Shown: positions 8,577 through 18,711, numbered from the stretch's first letter. The stretch is 64,000 nt of DNA from an uncultured archaeon (GCA_964549075.1 CAZJUB010000004.1:4314-68313), one strand, 5' to 3'. The notes: generated from the letters alone by a model not told the origin. Program-made: numbers and translations.

Positions 8577-9623
8577 ATGTCTGTCGAAGAACATAGAAGT
8601 ATTGCTAAAGAAAAAATGAAAGGGAAGTGTGGAGTTTTTTCTGTTTGTGATGGTGCTCTCAATAAAATATGTCAAGGGAATAGTTATGGTAAACCTATAG
8701 GTTTTGGTGGTGTTGGTTCAGGAGCAAGTTTCGCGAACAATGTTGAAGCATTGAGAAAGCTCAATCTCAAGATGAGAGTGATTGGGAACAATTACACTCC
8801 AGATACAAAATATGATTTCTTTGGTCACGAATTAACTATGCCAATAATGGGTGCTTCTATTACCGGTGTAAACTCATTTGGTGGAGATAGTGTTATTACT
8901 GAACCAGAATTTTGTAAAGCAACTGTATTAGGAGCAAAAGAAGCTGGTACCATAGGATGGAGAGGTGATACTTACACTTATTCTTTTGATTTCATGCCAT
9001 GTTATGATGCAATCTGTAATTTAGCTGGTGGCTGGGGTGTAAAAATCTCTAAACCACGAGCACAAGATGTCCTTTTTAAAGTTTTCAAAATGTATGAAGA
9101 AGGAAATGCGATAGCTGTTGGAACTGATGTTGACGGTTGTGGAAGTACAATTATGGCAGCTCACAACAAACCTGTTTTCCGAAAAACACCAGAAGATATC
9201 AAAGAATTAGTGAATGCAACAAAACTTCCTGTAATTGTCAAAGGTATCATGTCTGTTGAAGATGCAGTAGCAGCAACAGAAGCTGGAGCTAAAGCGATAG
9301 TAATTTCTAATCACGGAGGAAGGGTTCTTGACCATACTCTTGGAACTGCAGATGCTCTCTTTCCTATAGTCGATGAACTTAAAGGGAAAGTAAAGATCAT
9401 TGTTGATGGTGGTATCAGAACAGGGTATGATGTTCTAAAAATGCTTGCAATTGGAGCAGAATCTGTTCTTATTGGTAGAGATATTGTTCGAGCAGCTGTT
9501 GGTGGAGGAGCAGAAGGAGTAAAGGTTTTCCTTGAATTCCTCCAGAAAACACTAGTTAAAGCCATGAAAATGACTAATGTAGCTTCTCTTGATGAAATAA
9601 CTCGAGAGATTATTTTCAAGTAA
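8577..9623 (+). CDS. FMN-dependent alpha-hydroxy-acid dehydrogenase/oxidase family protein (LldD/glycolate oxidase-like)
   Basis: 348 aa TIM-barrel signature IVISNHGGRVLD (SNHGGRQLD family motif). Also VDGGIRTGYDVLKMLAIGA. Confidence 0.75.
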   Translation: MSVEEHRSIAKEKMKGKCGVFSVCDGALNKICQGNSYGKPIGFGGVGSGASFANNVEALRKLNLKMRVIGNNYTPDTKYDFFGHELTMPIMGASITGVNSFGGDSVITEPEFCKATVLGAKEAGTIGWRGDTYTYSFDFMPCYDAICNLAGGWGVKISKPRAQDVLFKVFKMYEEGNAIAVGTDVDGCGSTIMAAHNKPVFRKTPEDIKELVNATKLPVIVKGIMSVEDAVAATEAGAKAIVISNHGGRVLDHTLGTADALFPIVDELKGKVKIIVDGGIRTGYDVLKMLAIGAESVLIGRDIVRAAVGGGAEGVKVFLEFLQKTLVKAMKMTNVASLDEITREIIFK

Positions 9624-9629
9624 AATTGT

Positions 9630-10718
9630 CTATTCAGACAATTTTCTTTTTACATTTTCAATCGAAATTGCTTCTGATTTATTGTTATCTCTCCCTACTA
9701 TTGTTTCAGCCATTAGAATTGAATTGAGTATAGCTTCTTCGGTGGATTCAACAACAGCTCTAAGAAGAGATCTGAATAGTTTTGTTCTTTCGTTCACAAT
9801 TTTCATAGTAAGAATAGATTCTTTGTTGTCATGGTCGATTTTGTTACTAGTTGAAAATGATATTATCACATCTCCAGAACCATGGGAACCAAAACTACCT
9901 GTTCTAGATATACCAAGAGGTGCTCTTTTAGAAAGACGACAGAGTTGTCTTGCATTAAGAGGAGCATCAGTTGCCAAGATAACCATTATCGAACCTTTTT
10001 CTCTTTCTTGTACTTTATCTATTTTATCTATAGATTTTCCTAGTATAGTTAAATCACCTTTCATACCAAAATTAGAAAGTACTAATGCACCTAAATGATA
10101 GGTTAAATTCCTATCCTCTATCTTTCTAGAAGAGCTACCTATCCCAGCCTTATACCCTAAAGCTGTCATCCCAGTTCCTGCTCCTACAGAACCTTCTTTA
10201 AAAAATTTATCAGCGTTTTTTATCGCTTCATAAACATGTTCTTTCTTAACATGCCTTCCTTGAATATCATTTAACTTCCCATCGTGACATTCTCCAACAA
10301 CAACATTGATAGTTGATGTATCAATCCCGATATCAGGATTCTCTTTAATATGATAATCGATTAAAGCATTAGCAACTAGAGGAACATTAAGAGTGTTGGT
10401 TAAAGCAATAATAGATTCGATATTACCTAATTCTTGAACTTGTACAAGTCCAGTAGTTTTTCCATAACCATTAAATACAAACGCACTTGCTCGAACTTTT
10501 TCTCTATAATTATTTCCAGGATGAGGTCTAATAATTGTAACACCAGTTCTTTCTGGACCTTTACCAGGTATCAATTTCCCCTCTCCTTCTATGATAGTTG
10601 AATGCCCTACAAGTACTCCTGGAACGTCAGTAATTAAATTGAATTCTCCAGTGGGTAAAATACCAACTTGATAACCTAAATCCCTCAATCTCTTTCTTTC
10701 TTCTGTCATAATTAACAA
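9630..10718 (-). CDS. Peptidase family S58 (DmpA/L-aminopeptidase D-Ala-esterase/amidase-like)
   Basis: 362 aa. N-terminal GILPTGEFNLITDVPGVLVGH is typical of the DmpA/S58 Ntn-hydrolase family. Confidence 0.65.
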   Translation of the reverse strand: MLIMTEERKRLRDLGYQVGILPTGEFNLITDVPGVLVGHSTIIEGEGKLIPGKGPERTGVTIIRPHPGNNYREKVRASAFVFNGYGKTTGLVQVQELGNIESIIALTNTLNVPLVANALIDYHIKENPDIGIDTSTINVVVGECHDGKLNDIQGRHVKKEHVYEAIKNADKFFKEGSVGAGTGMTALGYKAGIGSSSRKIEDRNLTYHLGALVLSNFGMKGDLTILGKSIDKIDKVQEREKGSIMVILATDAPLNARQLCRLSKRAPLGISRTGSFGSHGSGDVIISFSTSNKIDHDNKESILTMKIVNERTKLFRSLLRAVVESTEEAILNSILMAETIVGRDNNKSEAISIENVKRKLSE

Positions 10719-10755
10719 GAATACTGAAAATATCGAGAATATATCTTTTTGCTTT

Positions 10756-12468
10756 TCATGTGTAACGAAAAGTCTCTAAAACTAATCTTTCATAAACTTC
10801 ATCATACATTGCCACAATTGTTTCTTTAGCAATATCCCTTGAGAATTTTCTAGCTATTCTCTCCTCAGGTTTTCGTTTCTTCCAGATATTAGCAATGAGC
10901 AGATATAATAATTTAGCGAAATAGAATAGACTTAATGGAAGAGCAAGTATAACTTTGAATAAAAACAGAAAGATTTTTGCAATCATATTCAGAGATTGCT
11001 TTGCTTCTTGCTTAGTTTGTTTATCCAATTCTTCATGAGGTTCATCTGCTAAAAGTAAAGAGTTCAAACCTTTCTGAATTTCTACGAATTTAGAACCTAA
11101 ATAACTCCCAGCTCTTTTTGTCCAATTCTTAGCAAATATAATTTTAAAACTATTAATTATATGCTTTCCATAAGAGTAGAAAATCATTCCAAACTCTATG
11201 AAAGGTACAACAAATCCGTAGGAGATATTTCGCAATTTTCTCAGAAATCTCTTAAAGAATTTTTCTTTTGCAAAATGATCAAGAATGTATCTATGTCCTC
11301 CCAAAGCTATGGAAAAAGCAAGTTGATTGTATTCAAGATCACTAATATGAGTCTTATATCTTTCTTCAACTTTAATAATTCCTTTTAATGCACCATTCAA
11401 TAGAATTGATTTAAAGAAATCGTCAGAAACAAATTCCTCACTTAGTTTGTTTGTTACAAAAACCAATGTTTGCTTAGCTTCTTTATAACTCATAGAATTC
11501 TCTTTTGCAAATGCAGCTAGTCCAGGTTCTTTCTTCCAAGGGAAGATATAAGTCTCTTTTTGCCAGAGTAAAAGAGAAAAGACTCTAGAGAGAGAATCTT
11601 CTACCTTAGTCATATCAAGTCGGTCTTCTGTTTCTGAGGATAAAAATTCTTCATAAAGTTTCTTAGTCTTTTCAGGTAAAGAGAAAGAAGATATACTAAT
11701 GATGTTAGTAAACCGTTTCTGAAGATTCCTCAAATCACCTACTAAATCGACTTTGAATTCTTCAAAGGTGGAAGCATCAACCGGAGGAGCTTCAAAGAAC
11801 GAGAAACTAGCTTTTGAAGCCAGATAAGGCAAGGAAAAAAGATTTTCTATTCTCTGATAGAATGATCCCCAGCTATAAGCTCCCAACCTTATCATCCTTA
11901 AACTTGCAGCATGAAATAATGCATAAACAGGTCCAAATACAGTTGCAATAAATGAGAGCATACCCATAATAGTGGAACAAATAACTGCAGTAGCAGTTAT
12001 GAGTAGCCATTGGGTAGTGGTGTCAAGTTCACTAAAACTTGGGAAAAAAGTACCAATGATATTATTAACTAAACTATTAAAATCAGTTGTCTGACTGCCT
12101 ATAAGAAGAATTGAAACAGAGATTATGACAATAATAATGAGAAGGTGGTCATAGGTTTCCCCTACTCCTCGCTGAATAGGATAAGCTTTGTTGATACGGT
12201 CTTCTCTCATCTGAATTTCTTCAATTTCCTCCTCTAGTTTGACTAGTTCTATTTTCTCTTGACTGGAAAAAAGATTAGAAGCATAAACTAGATATCTTCT
12301 CCAAAGATTAAGGATAGGAACAAGCTCTCGTAATCCTCTAGGGATTATTAATTCATAAATATATAAAAGAAATTTAGCAAGAACTACTGCGACATATAAA
12401 ATAGCTCCAGCAATCCAGAGAAAGGGAGTAAGAATAGCAATCAGAATCTTACTAAATATTTTTTTCAT
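10756..12468 (-). CDS. Large polytopic membrane protein of unknown function, paralog of 25989..28028 and 28039..29829
   Basis: 570 aa. It shares conserved blocks with the two tandem ORFs: IIPRGLRELVP, AYPIQRGVGE, FGPVYALFH, SLPYLASKASFSFFEAPP, SLLLWQKE and a C-terminal MYDEVYERL. Confidence 0.6.
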   Translation of the reverse strand: MKKIFSKILIAILTPFLWIAGAILYVAVVLAKFLLYIYELIIPRGLRELVPILNLWRRYLVYASNLFSSQEKIELVKLEEEIEEIQMREDRINKAYPIQRGVGETYDHLLIIIVIISVSILLIGSQTTDFNSLVNNIIGTFFPSFSELDTTTQWLLITATAVICSTIMGMLSFIATVFGPVYALFHAASLRMIRLGAYSWGSFYQRIENLFSLPYLASKASFSFFEAPPVDASTFEEFKVDLVGDLRNLQKRFTNIISISSFSLPEKTKKLYEEFLSSETEDRLDMTKVEDSLSRVFSLLLWQKETYIFPWKKEPGLAAFAKENSMSYKEAKQTLVFVTNKLSEEFVSDDFFKSILLNGALKGIIKVEERYKTHISDLEYNQLAFSIALGGHRYILDHFAKEKFFKRFLRKLRNISYGFVVPFIEFGMIFYSYGKHIINSFKIIFAKNWTKRAGSYLGSKFVEIQKGLNSLLLADEPHEELDKQTKQEAKQSLNMIAKIFLFLFKVILALPLSLFYFAKLLYLLIANIWKKRKPEERIARKFSRDIAKETIVAMYDEVYERLVLETFRYT

Positions 12469-12535
12469 TGATAGTAAAAGCTAAATAGCATATATTTTTA
12501 ATTTTGTGATACAGAGAAAAGAAAGAAAAGAGAAG

Positions 12536-13543
12536 CTAATATTTTATTCTAGGATCGATAAACACATACGTGATATCCGTAAGTAAACGCGCTACAAGGA
12601 ATAAAAATGGGAAAATGGTGTTCGTAGCCATCATCATAGGAAAATCTCTAAAGAGCGCTCCTTGTAAGAAATACGTACCTAAACCAGGCCAGCCAAAAAC
12701 GGTTTCTATCATGACACTACCCGATAGTAATCCTGGTAGAGAATTACCTACGATCGTGACTATGGGTAAAAGTCCATTTCTAAACGCATGTTTGTATATT
12801 ACTCCCCTCGATTTTACTCCTTTTGCCTTTGCCGTTGTTATATAATCTTGTCTCAGAATCTCTAAAAGTTGTGATCTAATCAAACGAGCCATGAAAACGA
12901 GATGTCCGAGGGTTAATGCTAGTGTTGGCAATATCAGATACTTGTAGAAATTCTTGTTTAAGAGTAGTGGTTTTACAAACGCATCCTTATTTGTTACTCC
13001 TGTAAAATTGAACAACTCAAAAGATAGATACATAAACAATTTTGCTATCCAGAACAGTGGCATTGAGTATCCTAGTAGCATTGCTACTGTAAGAGTTCTA
13101 TCCCAGAACGAATTTCTTCTTGTTGCTGACACTACACCTATTGCTGTAGACAAAACTAGTGATATAACGAATGATAGTATATTTAGAATAAGTGTATATG
13201 GAGCGTGATCACCGATAATTTTCGCTATTGGTACCCCTTGTCCTGCTTGAGTATAATACCAACTTTCCCCGAAATCAAATCTTAACAAATGGCTAACATA
13301 CAAAACATATCGTTGAAACCAAGGCACTGTATATAATTCTTGGTCTAACAGTCCCATTTCTATTGCTTCTTTGTTATACGCCTGATTATAACAATCTGCT
13401 GATTCACAATGAATTAAACCTATTCTTACAACTACAGGATCTCCTGGTGCTACATTAATCAGAGTGAAATTCATCAACGTTATACCTAACATTACAGGTA
13501 CAATGTATAATATTCTTCTTACAATAAACCCTTTTAATGACAA
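12536..13543 (-). CDS. ABC transporter permease, DppB/OppB (peptide/nickel) family
   Basis: 335 aa. N-terminal loop reads APGDPV...LLRFDFGESWYY. It has six TM segments and an EAA-like region typical of OppB/DppB. Confidence 0.75.
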   Translation of the reverse strand: MSLKGFIVRRILYIVPVMLGITLMNFTLINVAPGDPVVVRIGLIHCESADCYNQAYNKEAIEMGLLDQELYTVPWFQRYVLYVSHLLRFDFGESWYYTQAGQGVPIAKIIGDHAPYTLILNILSFVISLVLSTAIGVVSATRRNSFWDRTLTVAMLLGYSMPLFWIAKLFMYLSFELFNFTGVTNKDAFVKPLLLNKNFYKYLILPTLALTLGHLVFMARLIRSQLLEILRQDYITTAKAKGVKSRGVIYKHAFRNGLLPIVTIVGNSLPGLLSGSVMIETVFGWPGLGTYFLQGALFRDFPMMMATNTIFPFLFLVARLLTDITYVFIDPRIKY

Positions 13544-13593
13544 ATTACCACTCTGACCTTATTAGCATAATTCTTACTCAAACATTTAAGTTT

Positions 13594-13644
13594 GTTTCTA
13601 TGTGTAGAAACTTCAAACAATCCGAGTTATGAATAATTATTCAT
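13594..13644. promoter_or_regulatory. Two candidate operator palindromes upstream of the DUF134 operon
   Basis: The first is GTTTCTA-tgtg-TAGAAAC, a 7-bp inverted repeat at 13594-13611. The second is the perfect 16-bp palindrome ATGAATAATTATTCAT at 13629-13644. It lies immediately upstream of a TATA-like box (tttattaaat, 13655-13664) and 37 bp before the DUF134 start codon. Confidence 0.35.
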
Positions 13645-13680
13645 ATCCAAAGATTTATTAAATTAAATAGACAAACACAT

Positions 13681-13980
13681 TTGATGGTTCAGCAACGAAA
13701 AATTCCAAGAAACTGCATAGATTATGAAGGACAAGTATTCAAACCAGTTTCAATTCCTTTAAAAGATTTGGAACAGATGAGGTTAACTAAGGAAGAGATT
13801 ACTGCATTACATCACGCAGATTTTCTGGGTTTAAAACAACAGGAGGCAGCTGAAAAGATGGGAATTTCACAAGCTTCTTTTAGTCGAGAACTCGCTTCAG
13901 CTCATCAAAAAGTCGCAAAAGCATTTTTTGACATTAAAGCTCTTCTCTTTGAGGATCCATCAGAACAGTCAAGTGATTAA
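13681..13980 (+). CDS. DUF134 family predicted DNA-binding protein
   Basis: 99 aa: RKIPRNCIDYEGQVFKPVSIPLKDLEQMRLTKEEITALHHADFLGLKQQEAAEKMGISQASFSRELASAHQKVAKAF. This matches the DUF134 pattern of a C-terminal sigma-70 region-4-like HTH. Confidence 0.75.
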   Translation: MMVQQRKIPRNCIDYEGQVFKPVSIPLKDLEQMRLTKEEITALHHADFLGLKQQEAAEKMGISQASFSRELASAHQKVAKAFFDIKALLFEDPSEQSSD

Positions 13981-13982
13981 CT

Positions 13983-14312
13983 ATGAAAGTAGCTATACCT
14001 AGTTCTTCTAATCAAGAAGATTCTATAATGTATGAGAGATTTGGCAGATGTAATTATTTCTGTATATACGATTCTGAATATGATACACTGGATTTTATTA
14101 CCAATCCAGCTGTATATGCTAGTGGAGGAGCTGGATTTCAAGCTGTAGAATTCCTCCTTAACAATGATATTGGAGCAGTCATTGTTCCTCGGTTAGGACC
14201 TAATGCGGAAGGAGTTTTAAAGCGAGGTAAAGTTGATATCTTCCAAGGAGAGAATATTCCAGTCAAAGATTTGATAGAAAAATGGAAAACCAATTCTCTA
14301 ACTAAAATTTAG
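13983..14312 (+). CDS. Dinitrogenase FeMo-cofactor biosynthesis (NifB/NifX-like) domain protein
   Basis: 109 aa: KVAIPS...ERFGRCNYFCIYD...GGAGFQAVEFLLNNDIGAVIV...G. This is the PF02579-like pattern. Confidence 0.75.
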   Translation: MKVAIPSSSNQEDSIMYERFGRCNYFCIYDSEYDTLDFITNPAVYASGGAGFQAVEFLLNNDIGAVIVPRLGPNAEGVLKRGKVDIFQGENIPVKDLIEKWKTNSLTKI

Positions 14313-14320
14313 GTGATAAA

Positions 14321-14668
14321 ATGAAATATGCAATTCCAATTGATACAAATAATGATTTAGATTCTATTGTCGGTCAACACTTCGGTCATGTTCCCTTCTA
14401 TGCTATCTGGGATCAAGATTCTGATGAGCTTAACATAGTTGAGAACCAAAGCAACCATAAAGGTGGTTCAGGATTACCAATGGAATTCTTAGCCTCACTT
14501 TGTGATGGAGATTTACTCAAAGGAGCTGGATCCAAAGCTGTAATGTTAGGAAAGCAATTAGGCTTAGATGTTTATATGGGTGCTGAAGGTACTGTGAAAG
14601 ACACTATTCAGAAATTCATCAATGGTGAGCTTTATGCAGCAACCAAAGATGATGGATGTAATCATTGA
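14321..14668 (+). CDS. Dinitrogenase FeMo-cofactor biosynthesis (NifB/NifX-like) domain protein, second paralog
   Basis: 115 aa: KYAIPID...QHFGHVPFYAIWD... Same family. It overlaps the next gene by 4 bp. Confidence 0.75.
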   Translation: MKYAIPIDTNNDLDSIVGQHFGHVPFYAIWDQDSDELNIVENQSNHKGGSGLPMEFLASLCDGDLLKGAGSKAVMLGKQLGLDVYMGAEGTVKDTIQKFINGELYAATKDDGCNH

Positions 14669-15519
14669 TTGAAGGCAAATTTATGCAAATAGCCATAGTA
14701 TCAGGCAAAGGTGGTACTGGAAAGACTACTGTTGCTGTAAGTCTAGCTTTATCTATAAAGGATACTCATCTTCTAGATGCCGATGTTGATGAACCTAATT
14801 GTGCGTTGTTTTTAGGATTAGAGACAAAAAAAGTTGGTTCAAGTGAGATTCTGATTCCTGTAATTGACAAACAAAAATGCACTCTTTGTGGAAAATGTAA
14901 CGAGAGTTGTCAATATAATGCACTGATTAAACTACCAGAAGAAATTTTACTCTTTGAAAAAATGTGTCACGGATGTGGTGTTTGTTCATTTGTGTGTCCT
15001 GAAGATGCAATCTCTGAAACTCCACGAGAAATAGGGAAAATATACGAGGGGAAGAACGACAACATTCTATTCCATTTTGGAGAGTTAATTGTAGGTGAGG
15101 AACTTACTACTCCTGTGATTAGCAGATTAAAAGAGGAAATTAGAGATGGAAGTAAGTTTGTTGTAATTGATTCACCACCTGGTTCTGCTTGCTCTATGGT
15201 GGAAACAGTTTCTGATTCTGACTATATTATTCTAGTAGCTGAACCTACTCCTTTTGGACTCTCTGATATGAAGATCGTTGTTGACACTCTTCGAGTCTTA
15301 AAAAAGCCATTTGGTGTAGTGATTAACAAACACGGTATTGGTGATGACAAATTAGAACAATTCTGTAGAGATGAACAAATTCCAGTTTTGATGAAGATCC
15401 CTTTTGATCTTGAAATCGCACATAACTATTCATCTGGTAAACCTTTAGTTGAAGCTTTTCCGAAATACAAAAACGAATTTCAAGTTCTTCAAACTAAGAT
15501 TAAGGAGTTGATAAAATGA
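14665..15519 (+). CDS. MinD/Mrp-superfamily P-loop ATPase with an inserted 2x[4Fe-4S] ferredoxin domain
   Basis: Deviant Walker A IVSGKGGTGKTT. Two CxxCxxCxxxCP motifs (CTLCGKCNESCQ and CHGCGVCSFVCP). Confidence 0.8.
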   Translation: MIEGKFMQIAIVSGKGGTGKTTVAVSLALSIKDTHLLDADVDEPNCALFLGLETKKVGSSEILIPVIDKQKCTLCGKCNESCQYNALIKLPEEILLFEKMCHGCGVCSFVCPEDAISETPREIGKIYEGKNDNILFHFGELIVGEELTTPVISRLKEEIRDGSKFVVIDSPPGSACSMVETVSDSDYIILVAEPTPFGLSDMKIVVDTLRVLKKPFGVVINKHGIGDDKLEQFCRDEQIPVLMKIPFDLEIAHNYSSGKPLVEAFPKYKNEFQVLQTKIKELIK

Positions 15520-16415
15520 AAGAAGAAGATGTCAGACAAGTTACCATCATTTCTGGTAAAGGAGGAACCGGCAAAAGTTCATTGATTGCAGCTCTTGCTA
15601 GTTATCTTCAAGATCACATAATTCTTGCAGATGCAGATGTAGATGCAGCTGATCTTTATCTGATATTTACACCTTCAAAAACTGTAAGTTTTGATTATTA
15701 TGGCTTACAGAAGGCTTTCATTGATGAAGAGAAATGCATAAAATGTGGAGATTGTAAAGCTTATTGCCGTTTTGATGCTATTACAGACAATTTGACTGTC
15801 AATCCAACTAAATGTGAAGGATGTTCGCTTTGTTATCATGTTTGTTCTTTTGCTGCAATAACCATGAACGATGTTGTATCAGGTCAGTACTTTATCTCTA
15901 GTACAAGAATTGGTGAGATGGTTCACGCTAAATTAAATCCAGGGGAAGAAAGTTCTGGTTTACTAGTCGCAGAAGTACGTAAGACTGCAAAAACTGTTGC
16001 TGCTAAAAATAACAAACAGCTAGTGCTTATTGATGGCTCTCCTGGTATTGGTTGTCCTGTTATAAGCTCACTTACAGGAACTAACTTTGCAATTGTTGTA
16101 ACTGAACCAACTCTCTCTGGTTATCACGATTTAGATAGAATACTTCAACTTCTTAAGCAATTTAAAATCCCAGGTTTTATTGTTATTAACAGATCAGATA
16201 TTAACGAAGAGATAGCACGAAGTATCCAAGATGAGTTTCATGATACTTATCCTATTATAGGTAAAATCCCTTATAATTCAATTTTCGTGAAAGCTATGCT
16301 AGAGAAGAAATCGATAATGGAAATAAAATCAGAAGAAAAAGAAGATAAAGATATTCAATCTACAATAGAAAGATTTGGTGATCTTATTCTCGAAAAATTA
16401 TCGATAAAAGATTAA
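15516..16415 (+). CDS. MinD/Mrp-superfamily P-loop ATPase with an inserted 2x[4Fe-4S] ferredoxin domain, second paralog
   Basis: IISGKGGTGKSS plus CIKCGDCKAYCR and CEGCSLCYHVCS. It overlaps the upstream gene by 4 bp. Confidence 0.8.
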   Translation: MKEEDVRQVTIISGKGGTGKSSLIAALASYLQDHIILADADVDAADLYLIFTPSKTVSFDYYGLQKAFIDEEKCIKCGDCKAYCRFDAITDNLTVNPTKCEGCSLCYHVCSFAAITMNDVVSGQYFISSTRIGEMVHAKLNPGEESSGLLVAEVRKTAKTVAAKNNKQLVLIDGSPGIGCPVISSLTGTNFAIVVTEPTLSGYHDLDRILQLLKQFKIPGFIVINRSDINEEIARSIQDEFHDTYPIIGKIPYNSIFVKAMLEKKSIMEIKSEEKEDKDIQSTIERFGDLILEKLSIKD

Positions 16416-16445
16416 CTTTATAGGTTAGCTTTCTTCTGCTAGCTC

Positions 16446-17276
16446 ATGAACCACACTGAAGCATATTTTACAGGTGCTAAGAACTACCAGATATTTTATC
16501 AGAGTTGGGTACCTGATAAACCAAAAGCTGTTGTTCAGATTATTCATGGTGCCTTTGAACATATAGGTAGATATCAACATTTAACAGACTATTTAGTTTC
16601 TCGCAATATTGCAGTTTATGGCAATGATCATAGAGGACATGGTAAAAGTGAAGGGAGAAGAAATCATTGTGATAGTTTAGATGATTTAGTTGATGATTGT
16701 TACATATTAACTCAAATTATTCAAAAAGAGCAGAAAGGTGTGCCTATTTTTGTAGTAGGACACTCTATGGGATCATTTGTTGGACAACGATTTGCTATCA
16801 AACATCAAGAGGATTTGAAAGGATTGGTTCTTTCTGGAACAGGTACTAAAATACCTCCATTACCACCTTTACTAATGATTATTGCACGTATATTGGTGAA
16901 AATTTGGCCAACATTCAAAGGACCATCAGGACTTATTCCAGAGGAAATTTCTTCAGATCCAGAATCAGTAGAAAATTATGTCAATGATCCATTAATTAAC
17001 TATAAAGAAGCTTCAATTAAATATGGTTTGAATATGGTTTATAATTATAAAGACATAAAAAATAAGATGTCAACTATCAAAATACCTGTCTTAATCCAAA
17101 AAGGCGACCAAGACAAAATGGTTATACATCTAGATGAACTAATTGAAGATCTAAAACAAACTGATTTGACAGTGAAAATCTATAAAGATTCAAAACATGA
17201 AGTATACACTGAAGTGAAAGCAAAAAGAGAGGAAGCTTTTTCCGATCTCTTTGAATGGATTAACTCTCATCTTTGA
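16446..17276 (+). CDS. Alpha/beta-hydrolase (lysophospholipase/monoacylglycerol lipase-like)
   Basis: 276 aa. HGAFEHIGRYQHL, the nucleophile elbow GHSMGS, and a C-terminal D/H pair. Confidence 0.7.
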   Translation: MNHTEAYFTGAKNYQIFYQSWVPDKPKAVVQIIHGAFEHIGRYQHLTDYLVSRNIAVYGNDHRGHGKSEGRRNHCDSLDDLVDDCYILTQIIQKEQKGVPIFVVGHSMGSFVGQRFAIKHQEDLKGLVLSGTGTKIPPLPPLLMIIARILVKIWPTFKGPSGLIPEEISSDPESVENYVNDPLINYKEASIKYGLNMVYNYKDIKNKMSTIKIPVLIQKGDQDKMVIHLDELIEDLKQTDLTVKIYKDSKHEVYTEVKAKREEAFSDLFEWINSHL

Positions 17277-18450
17277 TTGTTTCATCTTCAGGACTTGAGT
17301 ATTCCTTTATAAGAAGACCATCACCAGCATTGATTTTTGCTTCATCTTTTGGAAAGAAGAAGTATTGTCCTTTCTTTCTAACTGCTAAAATTTGGAAGAA
17401 ATCATCAGTATATTCAGCTTCTTTGACAGACAATCCGACGTAAGGAGAGTCTTTAGTAACTAGGATATAGTTTACAGCTTCTGAAGAATCATCAACTACA
17501 TCTTCCAGTAATTCATAAGGTTTATGTCTTTTAGTAACTCCAAAAGCGATTTTATTTGCTGCATCAGCTATTTCTTCAAATGAATCAGCCATTCTGAGAT
17601 AACCCATTAGAGTACTATCTCCGATTTTATTTTGTTTATAGAGCTTTAATACTTCTTGAATTATCTCATATTGTAGTTTATCGACTCTATCTTCAGTCTG
17701 CATAATTAGATTTTTCACGTTTGGTAAATCTTCTAATGCAAAAAGATATGCTAAATCAACAATTAGCTCAGAAGATTCTTTCATTGTAACAAGTAAATCT
17801 TGATGATACTTCAGTTTCTCTACTTCTATCTTTCTAGTATCATCGATAATATTTTCTCGGGCTTTATCTACTGAATCAACTCTACCGTTAGCTAATTCTA
17901 TAAATTGGTTAACATTTTCTAAAGGTCCTCTAAAAATCAGTAAATCACCACACTTCATGATTTCTTTATAATCCAGTAAAAGACCTTCATTAGGTCGAAT
18001 TATAGCAGCTACATCTACTCCTAACTTATCGTGAATATCAGCTGTAAGCTCCGAAGTACCACAAAGAGGAGATTGTGCTTTTAATTCAACTAAATCTACT
18101 AATTGATCTAAATGCTGTTGAACTATTTTTATTTCATCTTCGATATGTATGTCCATTAGAACCAAAGAAGCTATGTCAGCTGCACTATCTGAGATAAGAT
18201 TATTTGCTTCTCCTATAATATAATAGATTCGCAACTCTTCTGCTTGATTCAAACTTTTAATCGAGACGGATAGTCTATCGAGAAGGTTTTTGTATAGACT
18301 ATCGATTTTTTCTTCTAAAACAAGCACTTGTTTTGCTAATAATTTATCTGAATATAGAAGTGATGCAAAAGCTAAATCAACGCAAATTTCTGAGAGCGTT
18401 TTCATTTCAATTAAAATATCTTTTACACTTATAGGTTCATTGTCGCTCAT
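17260..18450 (-). CDS. PhoU-like domain plus two TrkA-C domain protein (COG3273-like)
   Basis: 396 aa. N-terminal PhoU-like helices (KTLSEICVDLAFASLLYSDKLLAKQV). Two TrkA-C-like segments (GVDVAAIIRPNEG...GDLLIFRG and VGLSVKEAEY...AGDGLLI). Confidence 0.55.
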   Translation of the reverse strand: MSDNEPISVKDILIEMKTLSEICVDLAFASLLYSDKLLAKQVLVLEEKIDSLYKNLLDRLSVSIKSLNQAEELRIYYIIGEANNLISDSAADIASLVLMDIHIEDEIKIVQQHLDQLVDLVELKAQSPLCGTSELTADIHDKLGVDVAAIIRPNEGLLLDYKEIMKCGDLLIFRGPLENVNQFIELANGRVDSVDKARENIIDDTRKIEVEKLKYHQDLLVTMKESSELIVDLAYLFALEDLPNVKNLIMQTEDRVDKLQYEIIQEVLKLYKQNKIGDSTLMGYLRMADSFEEIADAANKIAFGVTKRHKPYELLEDVVDDSSEAVNYILVTKDSPYVGLSVKEAEYTDDFFQILAVRKKGQYFFFPKDEAKINAGDGLLIKEYSSPEDETIKDES

Positions 18451-18711
18451 TTCTGATCGAACACTCTTTCATAGATTTATTTCCTCAATCAAATATCAAG
18501 TTTTCGCTTTTAGAGGAAGAAGATAAAGACTTAAAACGAGAAATAAATAGTGTTGTTATGTATAATCAAGAAGAAGAGAAAAGGGGGATTTACTTCGAGA
18601 AAAATGAAGTACTTTCTCTTATTGGTATTTTCTTTCTTGGTTTTTCTACTGCAATGTTTCACCTTATGCGCCAATTTGGCTAGCAAGAATCTTTGAAGTC
18701 GATTCTTATTA

